Source: Candidatus Binatia bacterium (lineage in GTDB: Bacteria > Desulfobacterota > Binatia > HRBIN30). From it: a DNA stretch of 64,000 nt. Where the stretch lies: NCBI GenBank assembly GCA_023150935.1, contig JAKLJW010000012.1, forward strand, positions 22,298 to 86,297, given 5' to 3'. The notes beneath the pieces are model-generated. The model searched no databases. It saw only the letters and a program-made list of their open reading frames with translations, and had not been told where the DNA came from. A program made the position numbers and the translations under genes. Below are positions 55,484 through 64,000 of this stretch, piece after piece. How positions within the stretch are numbered: position 1 is the first letter of the stretch; each line of letters begins with the position of its first letter.

Positions 55484-57090
55484 CAGCGCGGCGCCTCCGG
55501 TTGCGGCGCCGCCGCGTCTGCGAGCGGCCAGCCCAGCGCCCCGATTTTGTCGAGCGAAATGCCGGCATACGCCGGCACGGATGTGGCGATCTCTTCGAGG
55601 GTTTGCGCGGGGTCGAAAACCCGGTTGGCGCCGGTGACCAGGTTGAGTAGACGCGTGAATATCTCGCCATCGGCCGGCTGGTCGTCCGCCGGCGCAAACG
55701 CCCGGTGCAGTCGCTGGACGCGGCCGGCGTGATTGGTGAACGTGCCGTTCTTTTCGGCGAAGGTCAGGCTCGGCAGAACCACCTGAGCGCGTTCGGCGAG
55801 GGGGCCGCCGGCAACGTCCTGCACGATCAGGTACTCGACGCGGTCGAGGGCGCGGGCCAACCGTTCCGGATCGGCCGTTTCCGTCAGATCCGGGCCGCAC
55901 ACGTAGAGCACGCCGACGGTGCCGGCGGTGGTATCGTCGAGAAGTGCGGGGAGGCCGTGACCGCCGGCGGCGGGCCGTAGGCCCATGTCGCGGGCGCCGC
56001 GGGCGTTGGCGGCCTTGTCGGCCCTGATGAGAAAACCGTCGGCCGCACCGGTGCGGACGGCCACGTCGACGTGGACGACGTTGAGCGCACGCAGGAGTTG
56101 GGCGAAGCGGAAGAGCTCTTCGTTGGTCAGGTGCGGCGAGGCGACGGCTCCGACGGAGCTCGCTCCCCCCGCGGTTGCGGCGCTGCGGAGACGATCCGCC
56201 ACGGCGGCGAGGGCCTCGTCCCAGGTCGCCGGTGCGAGGCGGCCGTCGCGCCGGAGCAGGGGGGTCCGCAAGCGCGTGTCGCTCTGTACGTATCCGTAAT
56301 TGAGCCGACCGTGATCGCACATCCAGGTGTCGTTCACGGCGTCGTTGCGGCGCGGCATCAGTCGCCAGATGCGTCCTTTGTGGTGCTGGACCGTGATGTT
56401 GCAGCCATTAGAGCAGCTCGGGCAGACGCTCGGCGTCTTCTTGAGAAACCAGACCCGCAGGCGGTGATGGAAGTCCTTGCTTTCGAGGGCACCGACCGGG
56501 CAGACGTCAGCCGTGCAGATGGAGTAATCGTTGGCCAGGGGCCGGTCGGGGAGGATGTCCAGGACGGTGCGGTCTCCCATGTTGAAAGTGCCGAGCTCGT
56601 TGGTCCGGGCGATTTCGCGGCAGAAGCGCACGCAGCGGCGGCAGAGGATGCAGCGTTCCTGGTCGAGGATCATGCGCGGGCCGATGCTCTTGCGTTTTTC
56701 GAGCTTGCGGCGGGGTTCGCGCGTATGGGTTTCGCGGCTGCCGTAAGCGTAAGAATAGTCCTGCAAGAGGCACTCGCCGGCCTTGTCGCAGATCGGGCAG
56801 TCGAGCGGATGGTTGACGAGGAGCAGTTCCATGACCCCGCGGCGGGCTTCCTGCACTGCCGGGGTGTCGGTGCGGACGACCATGCCGTCGCGCACCGGGG
56901 TGTTGCAGGCGATGACGAGCTTGGGGCTGCCCTCGACCTCGACCTGACACATGCGGCAGCTCCCGTCGACGGAGAGCTTCGGGTGCCAGCAGTAGTGCGG
57001 AATGTGGATGCCGTGTTCGAGCGCCACCGGGAGCAGGAGACTGCCGGCGGCGACTTCGATCGGCCGTCCGTCGATGGTGATCGTCGGCAT
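55483..57090 (-). CDS. nuoG: NADH-quinone oxidoreductase subunit G (short 75-kDa-type, about 535 aa)
   Basis: MPTITIDGRPIEV...CWHPKLSVDGSCRMCQVEV (2Fe-2S), HPLDCPICDKAGEC, CILCRRCVRFC. ATGA overlap with the nuoB stop at 57090. Confidence 0.85.
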   Translation of the reverse strand: MPTITIDGRPIEVAAGSLLLPVALEHGIHIPHYCWHPKLSVDGSCRMCQVEVEGSPKLVIACNTPVRDGMVVRTDTPAVQEARRGVMELLLVNHPLDCPICDKAGECLLQDYSYAYGSRETHTREPRRKLEKRKSIGPRMILDQERCILCRRCVRFCREIARTNELGTFNMGDRTVLDILPDRPLANDYSICTADVCPVGALESKDFHHRLRVWFLKKTPSVCPSCSNGCNITVQHHKGRIWRLMPRRNDAVNDTWMCDHGRLNYGYVQSDTRLRTPLLRRDGRLAPATWDEALAAVADRLRSAATAGGASSVGAVASPHLTNEELFRFAQLLRALNVVHVDVAVRTGAADGFLIRADKAANARGARDMGLRPAAGGHGLPALLDDTTAGTVGVLYVCGPDLTETADPERLARALDRVEYLIVQDVAGGPLAERAQVVLPSLTFAEKNGTFTNHAGRVQRLHRAFAPADDQPADGEIFTRLLNLVTGANRVFDPAQTLEEIATSVPAYAGISLDKIGALGWPLADAAAPQPEAPR

Positions 57091-57683
57091 CAGCGTGCCG
57101 CCTCCAGCGTACGCCCGCTGCCGTGGATCTCGGGCATCGGGGCATCGGCGCGTTCTCGCTGAACGCGCTCTTGCAGTTTGATGAGGCCGTCGAGGACGGC
57201 TTCGGGCCGTGGCGGGCAGCCGGGGATGTAGAGGTGAACCGGGAGGATGGTGTCGATGCCCTGGACGACGGCGTAGTTGTTGTAGGGGCCGCCGGATGAC
57301 GTGCAGGCGCCGAAGGAGACGACCCACTTCGGTTCGGCCATCTGGTCGAAGACGCGGCGCAGAATCGGCGCGAGGCGATGGGTGATCGTGCCGACGACCA
57401 TGAGCAGGTCGGACTGGCGGGGTGTGAAGCGCGGCAGTGCGGCACCGAAGCGGTCGATGTCAAAACGCGGCCCGGCGGTCGAGAAATACTCCATGCCGCA
57501 GCACGCGGTCACGAACGGGTACGGGAAGAATGAGTACTTGCGGCCCCACTGGATGGCATCCGCGAGGCGAGTGAGAACGAAGCTTTCCTCGAACGCGTGA
57601 CCTGCCGGCAGGGGTTGTCCGCTGGCGGCGCGCAGGCGAGCCAGAAAGCCTTCGGTGGGAGAGCCGTTCGTCGGCGTGGCCAT
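57090..57683 (-). CDS. nuoB: NADH-quinone oxidoreductase subunit B (20-kDa, N2 cluster)
   Basis: FGAACCGMEY-like FVTACCGMEY, GACTSSGGPY, IPGCPPRPE motifs. Confidence 0.9.
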   Translation of the reverse strand: MATPTNGSPTEGFLARLRAASGQPLPAGHAFEESFVLTRLADAIQWGRKYSFFPYPFVTACCGMEYFSTAGPRFDIDRFGAALPRFTPRQSDLLMVVGTITHRLAPILRRVFDQMAEPKWVVSFGACTSSGGPYNNYAVVQGIDTILPVHLYIPGCPPRPEAVLDGLIKLQERVQRERADAPMPEIHGSGRTLEAAR

Positions 57684-57924
57684 CTCAGTTCCTTCGTTCG
57701 CTGGACGCGCAAGCGAGTCGGGGCGCAACTCGGTCTTCGTTACAAGTCATTACATACCAATTGCTCCCGGCGACGCGATAGCCCCGGGGAGCGGCCAAAC
57801 CGCCGCACGATGCCATGCGTTCCGGTCCGAGGCAACGGCTTGCCGATGCCACTTTGGAAGAGAAAAGCGCCCGTGGCCAAGGTCGCGTTTGCCTGTGCGG
57901 CGGCTGCGTGTTACGCAACGAATT

Positions 57925-58329
57925 ATGGCCCTTCCCTCCCTTGTCGAGGAGATCGATCGTCTCTTCGACGAGTTGGTGCGGCGACCATGGAGTCGGCTGC
58001 GTCAGGTGGCGCCCATGGCCGTCAAGGCGGTGGAGGACGGGTGGTTGATCGAGGTGCCGGTGAGCGGTCTGCAGGCGTCGGATATCGAGGTCGAGTTGCA
58101 CGGGCGGCGTCTGACGATCGCGGGTGGGCGGCGCACGGAGCACCGGGAACGGCAGGGTGGGCGGACCACCGCTCGTGCACGCCACGCCGTCTCGTTGTTG
58201 CGCACGATCACGCTGCCCGTCGAGGTCGATCCGGAAGGCATCGAGGCGCGGGTCGAAGGTTCGACCCTGATCATTCACATACGTAAGCGTGGGCCGTGGC
58301 GGAAACTGATCAAGCCGACGAGCGCCTGA
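57925..58329 (+). CDS. Hsp20/alpha-crystallin family small heat-shock protein
   Basis: MALPSLVEEIDRLFDEL...PMAVKAVEDGWLIEVPVSGLQASDIEVELHGRRLTIAGGRR alpha-crystallin domain. The upstream 90 aa of ORF 57655..58329 are not coding. Confidence 0.8.
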   Translation: MALPSLVEEIDRLFDELVRRPWSRLRQVAPMAVKAVEDGWLIEVPVSGLQASDIEVELHGRRLTIAGGRRTEHRERQGGRTTARARHAVSLLRTITLPVEVDPEGIEARVEGSTLIIHIRKRGPWRKLIKPTSA

Positions 58330-60740
58330 CGGCGGCGTCGCCGCCGCGCGAGCTGACGGCGGACGAGGCCGCGTATCGCGTTCCGGCAGCCACTCTAGGC
58401 TTTCGGACGACCGCCGAGGCCGGTCCGGCGGCCGACTGGCTGGGTCAGGAGCGGGCGCTCGCCGCCCTCGATCTCGGTCTGAGCATCCGCCATCCCGGCT
58501 ATCATATATATGTTGTCGGTCTGGCGGGGACGCGGCGCGAGCACACCATCGCCGCGTTGTTGGGCGAACTGACGAAGAGCTTCCCGCGGCCCGGAGACCG
58601 GGTGCTCGTCCAGAACTTCCAGAATCGAGACCGGCCGCATGCTTTCTATCTGCTCGCCGGGCAGGGCCGCGAGTTGCGGCGCGACATGCAGGATCTGGTC
58701 GAGGATCTGCAGCGCCTGCTGCCCGAGACTTTCCGCAAGGAAACCTTCGAGGATGAAAAGGAAGCGCTGGCCGAGCGCTACGGTCACGAGGGCGAGGAGA
58801 TCGCCCGCGAAATGCAGCAGCGAGCCGCCGACAAGGGGTTCATGCTGCAGGCACATCCGCAAGGTGGGGTGCTTTTCATCCCGCTCAAGGATGGCCGGCC
58901 GATCGAGCCGAAGGATCTGGAAGCGTTGAGCGAGGAGCAACAGGCCGACCTGCGCCGGCGCGAGCGCGAGCTGTCGCGCGAAATGAAATCGATGCTGCGG
59001 CGACAGCAAGCCCTCGGCCGCCGGCTGGCGCGCGAGGTGAAGGCGGCCGAGCGGCGCGTTGCCGCCGACGTTGTCGGGCCGCTGATCGACGAGATCGCGC
59101 AGCGCTACGAGAACGACGAAGTACAGCATTACCTGGGCGAAGTGCGGGAACACATCCTCGACAACCTCGACGCCTTCCGCGAACAGCAGCCGCAGCAGGT
59201 GGCCTTCCCGTTTCCCATCTTCGTGCAACCGGAGAACACTTTCGTCGATTACGAGGTCAACGTCCTGGTCGACAACGGCGGTACCGAGGCGGCACCGATC
59301 ATCGTCGAAGCGTCGCCGACCTACAAGAATCTCTTCGGAGCCGTGGAGCGGATGGTCGACCCTTCCGGCAAGCTGGTAACCAATTTCACGCGCATACGCG
59401 CGGGTTCGCTGTTGCGCGGGCACGGGGGCTGCGTGCTGGTCGATGCCCTCGACGCACTTGCGGAGCCGTTTGTGTGGCGAGCGCTCAAGCGGGCTCTGAA
59501 GAGCCAGCAATTGGAGATCGAGGCGTACGATCCCTTCGCGTTGTTTGCGACCTCGACGCTGAAGCCGGAACCGATGCAGATCTCGACGCGAGTCGTGCTC
59601 ACCGGACCGCCGGAGCTTTTTCAACTCCTGTACTTCTACGACGAGGAGTTCCGGGAGATTTTCAAGGTCCGGGCGGAGTTCGGTGTCGAGGTGGAGGCCG
59701 AACGTTCACGCGACAGCTTCGTTGCCCAGGTGGCGCGCATGACCCGTGACGAGCAGTTGCCGCCGTTCACGGCCGCGGCCGTGGCGCGGTTGCTCGAATA
59801 CGGCGCGCGCACGGTCGGCGACCGGCGCAAGCTGCCGAGTCAGTGGGACGAGATTGCCGATCTCATGCGCGAGTCCGCCTTGTGGGGCGGGCGTGAGGGC
59901 GCGAACGAGGTGGATCGACAGCACGTCGACAGCGCTCTGGCGCAGCGGATCTTCCGGCTCAATCGCGTCGAAGAGAAGATCCGCGAGCTGATCCGCGATG
60001 GCGTCCTGCTGGTGAGCGTGGACGGTACCCGCGTGGGGCAGGTCAACGGCCTCGCGGTCGCGAACATCGGCGGCTACGAGTTCGGCCGCCCGACACGGGT
60101 TACCGCGGCCGTCGCTATGGGGGCGGCCGGCCTGATCAACATCGAACGCGAGGCCAAACTCAGCGGCCAGACCCACGACAAGGGGGTGCTCATCATCGCC
60201 GGATACCTGCGCCAGACCTATGCTCAGGATTTCCCGCTGACGCTCTCGGCCAGCCTTTGCTTCGAGCAGTCGTACGCCGGTATCGACGGGGACAGTGCCT
60301 CGTCCACCGAACTGTTCGCCCTGTTGTCCAGCCTGAGCGGGGTGCCGCTTCGCCAGGACCTGGCAGTGACCGGCAGCGTCAATCAGTGGGGCGAGATCCA
60401 GCCGATCGGGGGGATCAACGAGAAGGTCGAGGGGTTCTTCGCCACCTGCCGCGCCGTCGGCCTCACCGGACGTCAGGGCGTCGTTATGCCGATTCAGAAC
60501 GTCGACGGCCTCGTGCTGCGTCCCGAAGTGGTGGAGGCCATAGGAGCCGGCCAATTTCATCTCTATCCGATTCGCACCATCGACGAGGGTCTAGAAGTGC
60601 TGACGGGCGTGTCTGCGGGCGCACCCGAGGCGCCGGGGACAATCCACGGCCGTGCCGCGCGGCGTTTGCGGCAGCTCGCCGAGGGATTGCGGGAGTTTGC
60701 CGCCCGTGGCCGCAACGGACCGGAGGGCGCGCCGACATGA
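58296..60740 (+). CDS. Lon-like protease (LonC/YcbZ-type: AAA-like N-domain plus S16 Lon proteolytic domain)
   Basis: HIYVVGLAGTRREHT (degenerate P-loop). C-terminal S16 domain with QVNGLAV...DGDSASSTELFALLS (Ser nucleophile region) and ...K... downstream. Confidence 0.75.
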   Translation: MAETDQADERLTAASPPRELTADEAAYRVPAATLGFRTTAEAGPAADWLGQERALAALDLGLSIRHPGYHIYVVGLAGTRREHTIAALLGELTKSFPRPGDRVLVQNFQNRDRPHAFYLLAGQGRELRRDMQDLVEDLQRLLPETFRKETFEDEKEALAERYGHEGEEIAREMQQRAADKGFMLQAHPQGGVLFIPLKDGRPIEPKDLEALSEEQQADLRRRERELSREMKSMLRRQQALGRRLAREVKAAERRVAADVVGPLIDEIAQRYENDEVQHYLGEVREHILDNLDAFREQQPQQVAFPFPIFVQPENTFVDYEVNVLVDNGGTEAAPIIVEASPTYKNLFGAVERMVDPSGKLVTNFTRIRAGSLLRGHGGCVLVDALDALAEPFVWRALKRALKSQQLEIEAYDPFALFATSTLKPEPMQISTRVVLTGPPELFQLLYFYDEEFREIFKVRAEFGVEVEAERSRDSFVAQVARMTRDEQLPPFTAAAVARLLEYGARTVGDRRKLPSQWDEIADLMRESALWGGREGANEVDRQHVDSALAQRIFRLNRVEEKIRELIRDGVLLVSVDGTRVGQVNGLAVANIGGYEFGRPTRVTAAVAMGAAGLINIEREAKLSGQTHDKGVLIIAGYLRQTYAQDFPLTLSASLCFEQSYAGIDGDSASSTELFALLSSLSGVPLRQDLAVTGSVNQWGEIQPIGGINEKVEGFFATCRAVGLTGRQGVVMPIQNVDGLVLRPEVVEAIGAGQFHLYPIRTIDEGLEVLTGVSAGAPEAPGTIHGRAARRLRQLAEGLREFAARGRNGPEGAPT

Positions 60741-61029
60741 ACGCGCACCACCGGGCTGAGGGGCGGAAAAGCCGCGGCCTCCCTTGACTGACTGAAATGG
60801 CGCGTCTAGAGTCCGCCGCACTGAGATCTCAGTGTGTCAGTTCCTTCCTGCGAACACGCGGCCGAGCGTTGCCGGCGCAAGCGATATATGTGGGTGGTGT
60901 GAAGAACCACGTGATTCCCTACGCGAGCCGTGCGCTCGACGGGGACCGATGTAACTTCCGACGACGCTGGTTTCCCGCCCGACGGCGGGCGCTGCGAACA
61001 TCGACCAGCGAGACGGAGTGGTTGCCGTG

Positions 61030-62808
61030 ATGGACCGACGCGTGGAACGTAAGCGGGAGTCCCGTCCGAAGAAGCCGGGGAAACCGGCTCCGAATGCGGC
61101 GGGTACGCCATTCGAAGATCTGGCTGACGCGCTGCCGCACGACGCGGCCCCGAGCGACGAGCTCGAGGGGGCCATGTCGATGCTGGGAGAGATCGACGTC
61201 GAGGCGGTCGACCCGATGGCAGAGCCGACGCTGCCGAAAGACGAAGACAAGGAAGAATGGGTCGAAGAGGAACGTGAGGAGCGGACATTTGCCGAGGATA
61301 CATCCGATCCGGTCCGGATGTATCTCCAGGAAATGGGTGCGGTATCCCTTCTGACACGCGAGCAGGAGGTCGAGATCGCCAAACAGATAGAGTCGGGGGA
61401 ACGTGACGTCCATCGCGAGGTCCTCGCCTCCCCCTTCACGATCACTTACCTGCTCGACCTTGCCGAGCGCATTAAGGCCGGCGAAATGTCCGAGCGCGAA
61501 CTGGTCGACGACGAGGCCGAGGAAGAAGAGACCGAGGAGGGCGAAGGCGAAGAGCCGACGGTGCGCCGGGAGCAGGAGGGGCTCATCCTCAAGCAACTCG
61601 AGAAGCTGCGGCGTATGGTGGAGGAACGTTCGACGGTCGAAGATGCCGCGCGCCAGCGCAAGTCGCACCCGCGTACCGCAGCCCAGGCCGAGCGGCGCAG
61701 CCTCCAACTGGAGAAACGCATCACGAAGGCGATCGACGATCTGCAACCCAGCCGCCGCCATCTGAACACCATCGTCGACAAGCTCAAACGTGCGGACCGG
61801 TACATTCAGCAACAGCATGAAGCCATTGTGCGGTGCGAGCACCGATCTGGCCGCGCTTACGCCGAACTCGTGAAGATCGTAACGAAGGGCAAGGCGGACG
61901 ACGGCCGGCCCGGCGGGAGCGGCAGCCGGAGGACGAGGTTGTCGGTCGAACAAGCCCGTATTCTCGTTGACGAGATTCGCGCGGCAAAAAAGAAGATAGC
62001 CGAAGCCGAACGTGACGTAGGATTGCAGGCCGACGCGTTGGCGCGGTCGTTGCAAGTCATCCGGGCAGGGGAAGAAAAAGCTCAAGACGGAAAGAAGCGG
62101 CTGATCGAGGCTAATCTGCGTCTCGTCGTCAGTATCGCCAAACGGTACACGAACCGCGGTCTCGGGTTCCTCGATCTGGTGCAGGAAGGCAACATCGGGC
62201 TCATGCGTGCGGTCGAGAAATTCGAATACCAGCGGGGCTACAAGTTCTCGACGTATGCCACCTGGTGGATTCGCCAATCCGTAAGCCGTGCGATCGCCGA
62301 TCAGGCAAGGACCATCCGCATCCCGGTTCACATGATCGAGACCATCAACAAGGTCGTGCGGTCGTCGCGGTATCTGGTTCAGCAACTTGGCCGCGAGCCT
62401 ACCCCCGAAGAGATCGCGGGCAAGATGGAGATGCCGCTCGACAAGGTCCGTAAGGTGCTCCGCATCGTCAAAGAGCCGGTGTCGCTGGAGACGCCGATCG
62501 GCGACGAAGAGGAGAGTTCGCTTGGGGACTTCGTCGAGGACCGGCAGACGGTCTCGCCTGCGGACGCGGCGGTGTACACGAGTTTGGAGGAGCAGACGCG
62601 CAAGGTGCTCGCCACGCTGACGCCTCGCGAGGAGCAGATCCTGCGGATGCGGTTCGGGATCGGCGAAAAATCGGATTACACCCTGGAAGAAGTCGGCCAG
62701 CGTTTCGCGGTGACTCGCGAACGCATCCGGCAAATCGAAGCCAAGGCGCTTCGTAAGCTCCGGCACCCAAGCCGGGCGAAGTCGATCGAAGCGTTCGTTG
62801 GGAACTGA
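61030..62808 (+). CDS. rpoD: RNA polymerase sigma-70 factor
   Basis: Region 1.1 acidic stretch, region 1.2 [11 protein letters not shown], region 2 [41 protein letters not shown], region 3/4 [28 protein letters not shown]. Confidence 0.9.
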   Translation: MDRRVERKRESRPKKPGKPAPNAAGTPFEDLADALPHDAAPSDELEGAMSMLGEIDVEAVDPMAEPTLPKDEDKEEWVEEEREERTFAEDTSDPVRMYLQEMGAVSLLTREQEVEIAKQIESGERDVHREVLASPFTITYLLDLAERIKAGEMSERELVDDEAEEEETEEGEGEEPTVRREQEGLILKQLEKLRRMVEERSTVEDAARQRKSHPRTAAQAERRSLQLEKRITKAIDDLQPSRRHLNTIVDKLKRADRYIQQQHEAIVRCEHRSGRAYAELVKIVTKGKADDGRPGGSGSRRTRLSVEQARILVDEIRAAKKKIAEAERDVGLQADALARSLQVIRAGEEKAQDGKKRLIEANLRLVVSIAKRYTNRGLGFLDLVQEGNIGLMRAVEKFEYQRGYKFSTYATWWIRQSVSRAIADQARTIRIPVHMIETINKVVRSSRYLVQQLGREPTPEEIAGKMEMPLDKVRKVLRIVKEPVSLETPIGDEEESSLGDFVEDRQTVSPADAAVYTSLEEQTRKVLATLTPREEQILRMRFGIGEKSDYTLEEVGQRFAVTRERIRQIEAKALRKLRHPSRAKSIEAFVGN

Positions 62809-62836
62809 GCGGCCCGGCGACGCAGTAGGAGGCAGT

Positions 62837-62995
62837 ATGCTCGAGAAGTACGATCCGGAGAAGGAGCTGCGTAAGTGGCGCGAGGCCCGCGCCCAGAAGC
62901 GCGGCACGCGGCAGACGCCGAGTGATCGGCGCACGGTGCGGGTGAATGGGCAGGAGGTGGTGGTGATCACGAAGCCAAAGCGCGCGCTCGCCTGA
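62837..62995 (+). CDS. Small basic hypothetical protein (52 aa)
   Basis: Strong SD AGGAGG 7 nt upstream of the ATG at 62837. MLEKYDPEKELRKWREARAQKRGTRQ... Lies downstream of rpoD. Confidence 0.45.
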   Translation: MLEKYDPEKELRKWREARAQKRGTRQTPSDRRTVRVNGQEVVVITKPKRALA

Positions 62996-63310
62996 GCGCC
63001 GGCGCACTCGGCCGCAGCGCGGTCGATTCCTTCTCAGATTCGGATTATCGGTTGGGTAGTCGGCAGCGCCGCTGCCGTTCAAGGGGAGTGCCGCCTCGGG
63101 ATCGGGGCGATTTCTGGGGTGCGAAGCCGATAGGCGGTTGCGTTGTTAAGCTGAAAGAGTGGTACGCTCTGGGCTGCTTATGCTGTCAGGCGTTCAAGCC
63201 GCTGGAGTCTGCTCGACCCGTGCCGCTGCCGAATCCCGGTTTCGCGACCGGGGGCAGCTCGCAAACTGGGAGCTGACCACAGGCGTAACCCCCTGACCGT
63301 CTACCGCCCC

Positions 63311-64000
63311 ATGTCCCGCATCCTGATCCTTGGCGCTGCCGGTCGCGACTTTCACAACTTCAACGTTGTCTATCGCGACGACCCGAGAGTCACCGTCGTC
63401 GCCTTCACGGCGGCGCAGATCCCCGGTATTGGCCGGCGCCGCTATCCGGCATCGTTGGCGGGCGGGCGCTATCCGGCGGGCATTCCCATCGCGGACGAAG
63501 CCGATCTGGAGCGGCTGTGCCGGGAAGGGAATGTCGACGAGGTGGTGTTCGCCTACAGCGATGTGGCGCACGCCAGTGTGATGCACCTCGCCTCGCGGGT
63601 TCTGGCGGTTGGCGCCGATTTCACGCTGCTCGGTCCGTCGCGCACCATGTTGCCGGCGAGCGTTCCGGTAGTGGCCGTGTCCGCGGTGCGCACGGGCTGC
63701 GGTAAGTCGCAGACGGCGCGCTGGTTGAGCGGCTGGCTGCGGGGCCGCGGCCGGCAGGTCGCCGTGCTGCGTCACCCGATGCCGTATGGGGATCTCGAGC
63801 GGCAACGCGTGCAGCGCTTCGCTACTCGCGCCGACCTCGACGCCGCACAGTGCACGGCCGAGGAACGCGAAGAGTACGAGCCGCACCTGGCCGCCGGTAA
63901 CGTCGTTTTTGCCGGCGTCGATTACGCAGCGATCGTCGCAGCGGCCGAGTCCGCCGCGGATATCATCGTCTGGGACGGCGGGAACAACGACTTCCCGCTG
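63311..64000 (+). CDS. P-loop NTPase of the cyclic-2,3-diphosphoglycerate-synthetase-like / DUF1611-like type. Partial: the 3' end runs off the window.
   Basis: MSRILILGAAGRDFHNFNVVY...AVSAVRTGCGKSQTARWL (Walker A)...DGGNNDFP. The frame is open to the window end. Confidence 0.55.
   Translation, partial: MSRILILGAAGRDFHNFNVVYRDDPRVTVVAFTAAQIPGIGRRRYPASLAGGRYPAGIPIADEADLERLCREGNVDEVVFAYSDVAHASVMHLASRVLAVGADFTLLGPSRTMLPASVPVVAVSAVRTGCGKSQTARWLSGWLRGRGRQVAVLRHPMPYGDLERQRVQRFATRADLDAAQCTAEEREEYEPHLAAGNVVFAGVDYAAIVAAAESAADIIVWDGGNNDFPL

Noticed and set aside
54938-56320. 460-aa ORF covering nuoI and part of nuoG
   Set aside because: Only the C-terminal 181 aa (NuoI) are real. The upstream 280 aa are an Arg/Pro-rich out-of-frame read-through of nuoG, whose real frame is 55483..57090.
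58296-60740. BrxL (BREX) assignment for the Lon-like protease
   Set aside because: No PglX, BrxC, PglZ or other BREX components are adjacent. The neighbours are hsp20 and rpoD. It is more consistent with a housekeeping LonC/YcbZ-type protease.

Overview
This 64-kb window comes from a high-GC (about 70%) Gram-negative bacterium and is almost entirely coding. Three blocks are visible.

1. Positions 1-44,800 hold a large exopolysaccharide (EPS) biosynthesis and export locus of the PEP-CTERM/exosortase type.
- Enzymes: at least seven GT4 and one GT2 glycosyltransferases, a Wzx flippase, an O-antigen-ligase-like protein, sugar-modifying enzymes (UDP-GlcNAc 2-epimerase, UDP-ManNAc-type 6-dehydrogenase), and an aminotransferase with an ATP-grasp ligase.
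- Regulation and export: a polyprenyl-phosphate sugar transferase, a Wza-like exporter, a chain-length determinant, a BY-kinase, an ExeA-like ATPase, and an XrtA-system polysaccharide deacetylase.
- Also present are a TIGR03016-like beta-barrel, a FemAB-like protein, an exosortase-associated asparagine-synthase paralog, two methyltransferases, a sulfotransferase, an SGNH esterase, and several secreted proteins of unknown function.
- The paired PrsK/PrsR (sigma-54 type) regulators and one canonical PEP-CTERM protein with a near-consensus sigma-54 promoter follow the locus.
- No exosortase (XrtA/EpsI) gene is recognisable in the window.

2. Positions 51,350-57,700 hold a compact nuo module on the minus strand: nuoB, nuoG, nuoI, a fused nuoCD and a fused nuoEF, with no membrane-arm subunits.

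3. Positions 57,900-64,000 hold hsp20, a Lon-like protease, rpoD, a small ORF and a truncated P-loop NTPase.

Non-coding features that stand out:
- 8-9 bp tandem repeat arrays sit directly upstream of three start codons.
- A family of long GC-rich palindromes (REP-like) occurs in three places.
- A 46-bp x4 tandem hairpin repeat lies between convergent genes.
- Many ATGA stop/start overlaps indicate translationally coupled operons.
- Many listed ORFs are spurious GC-driven frames.
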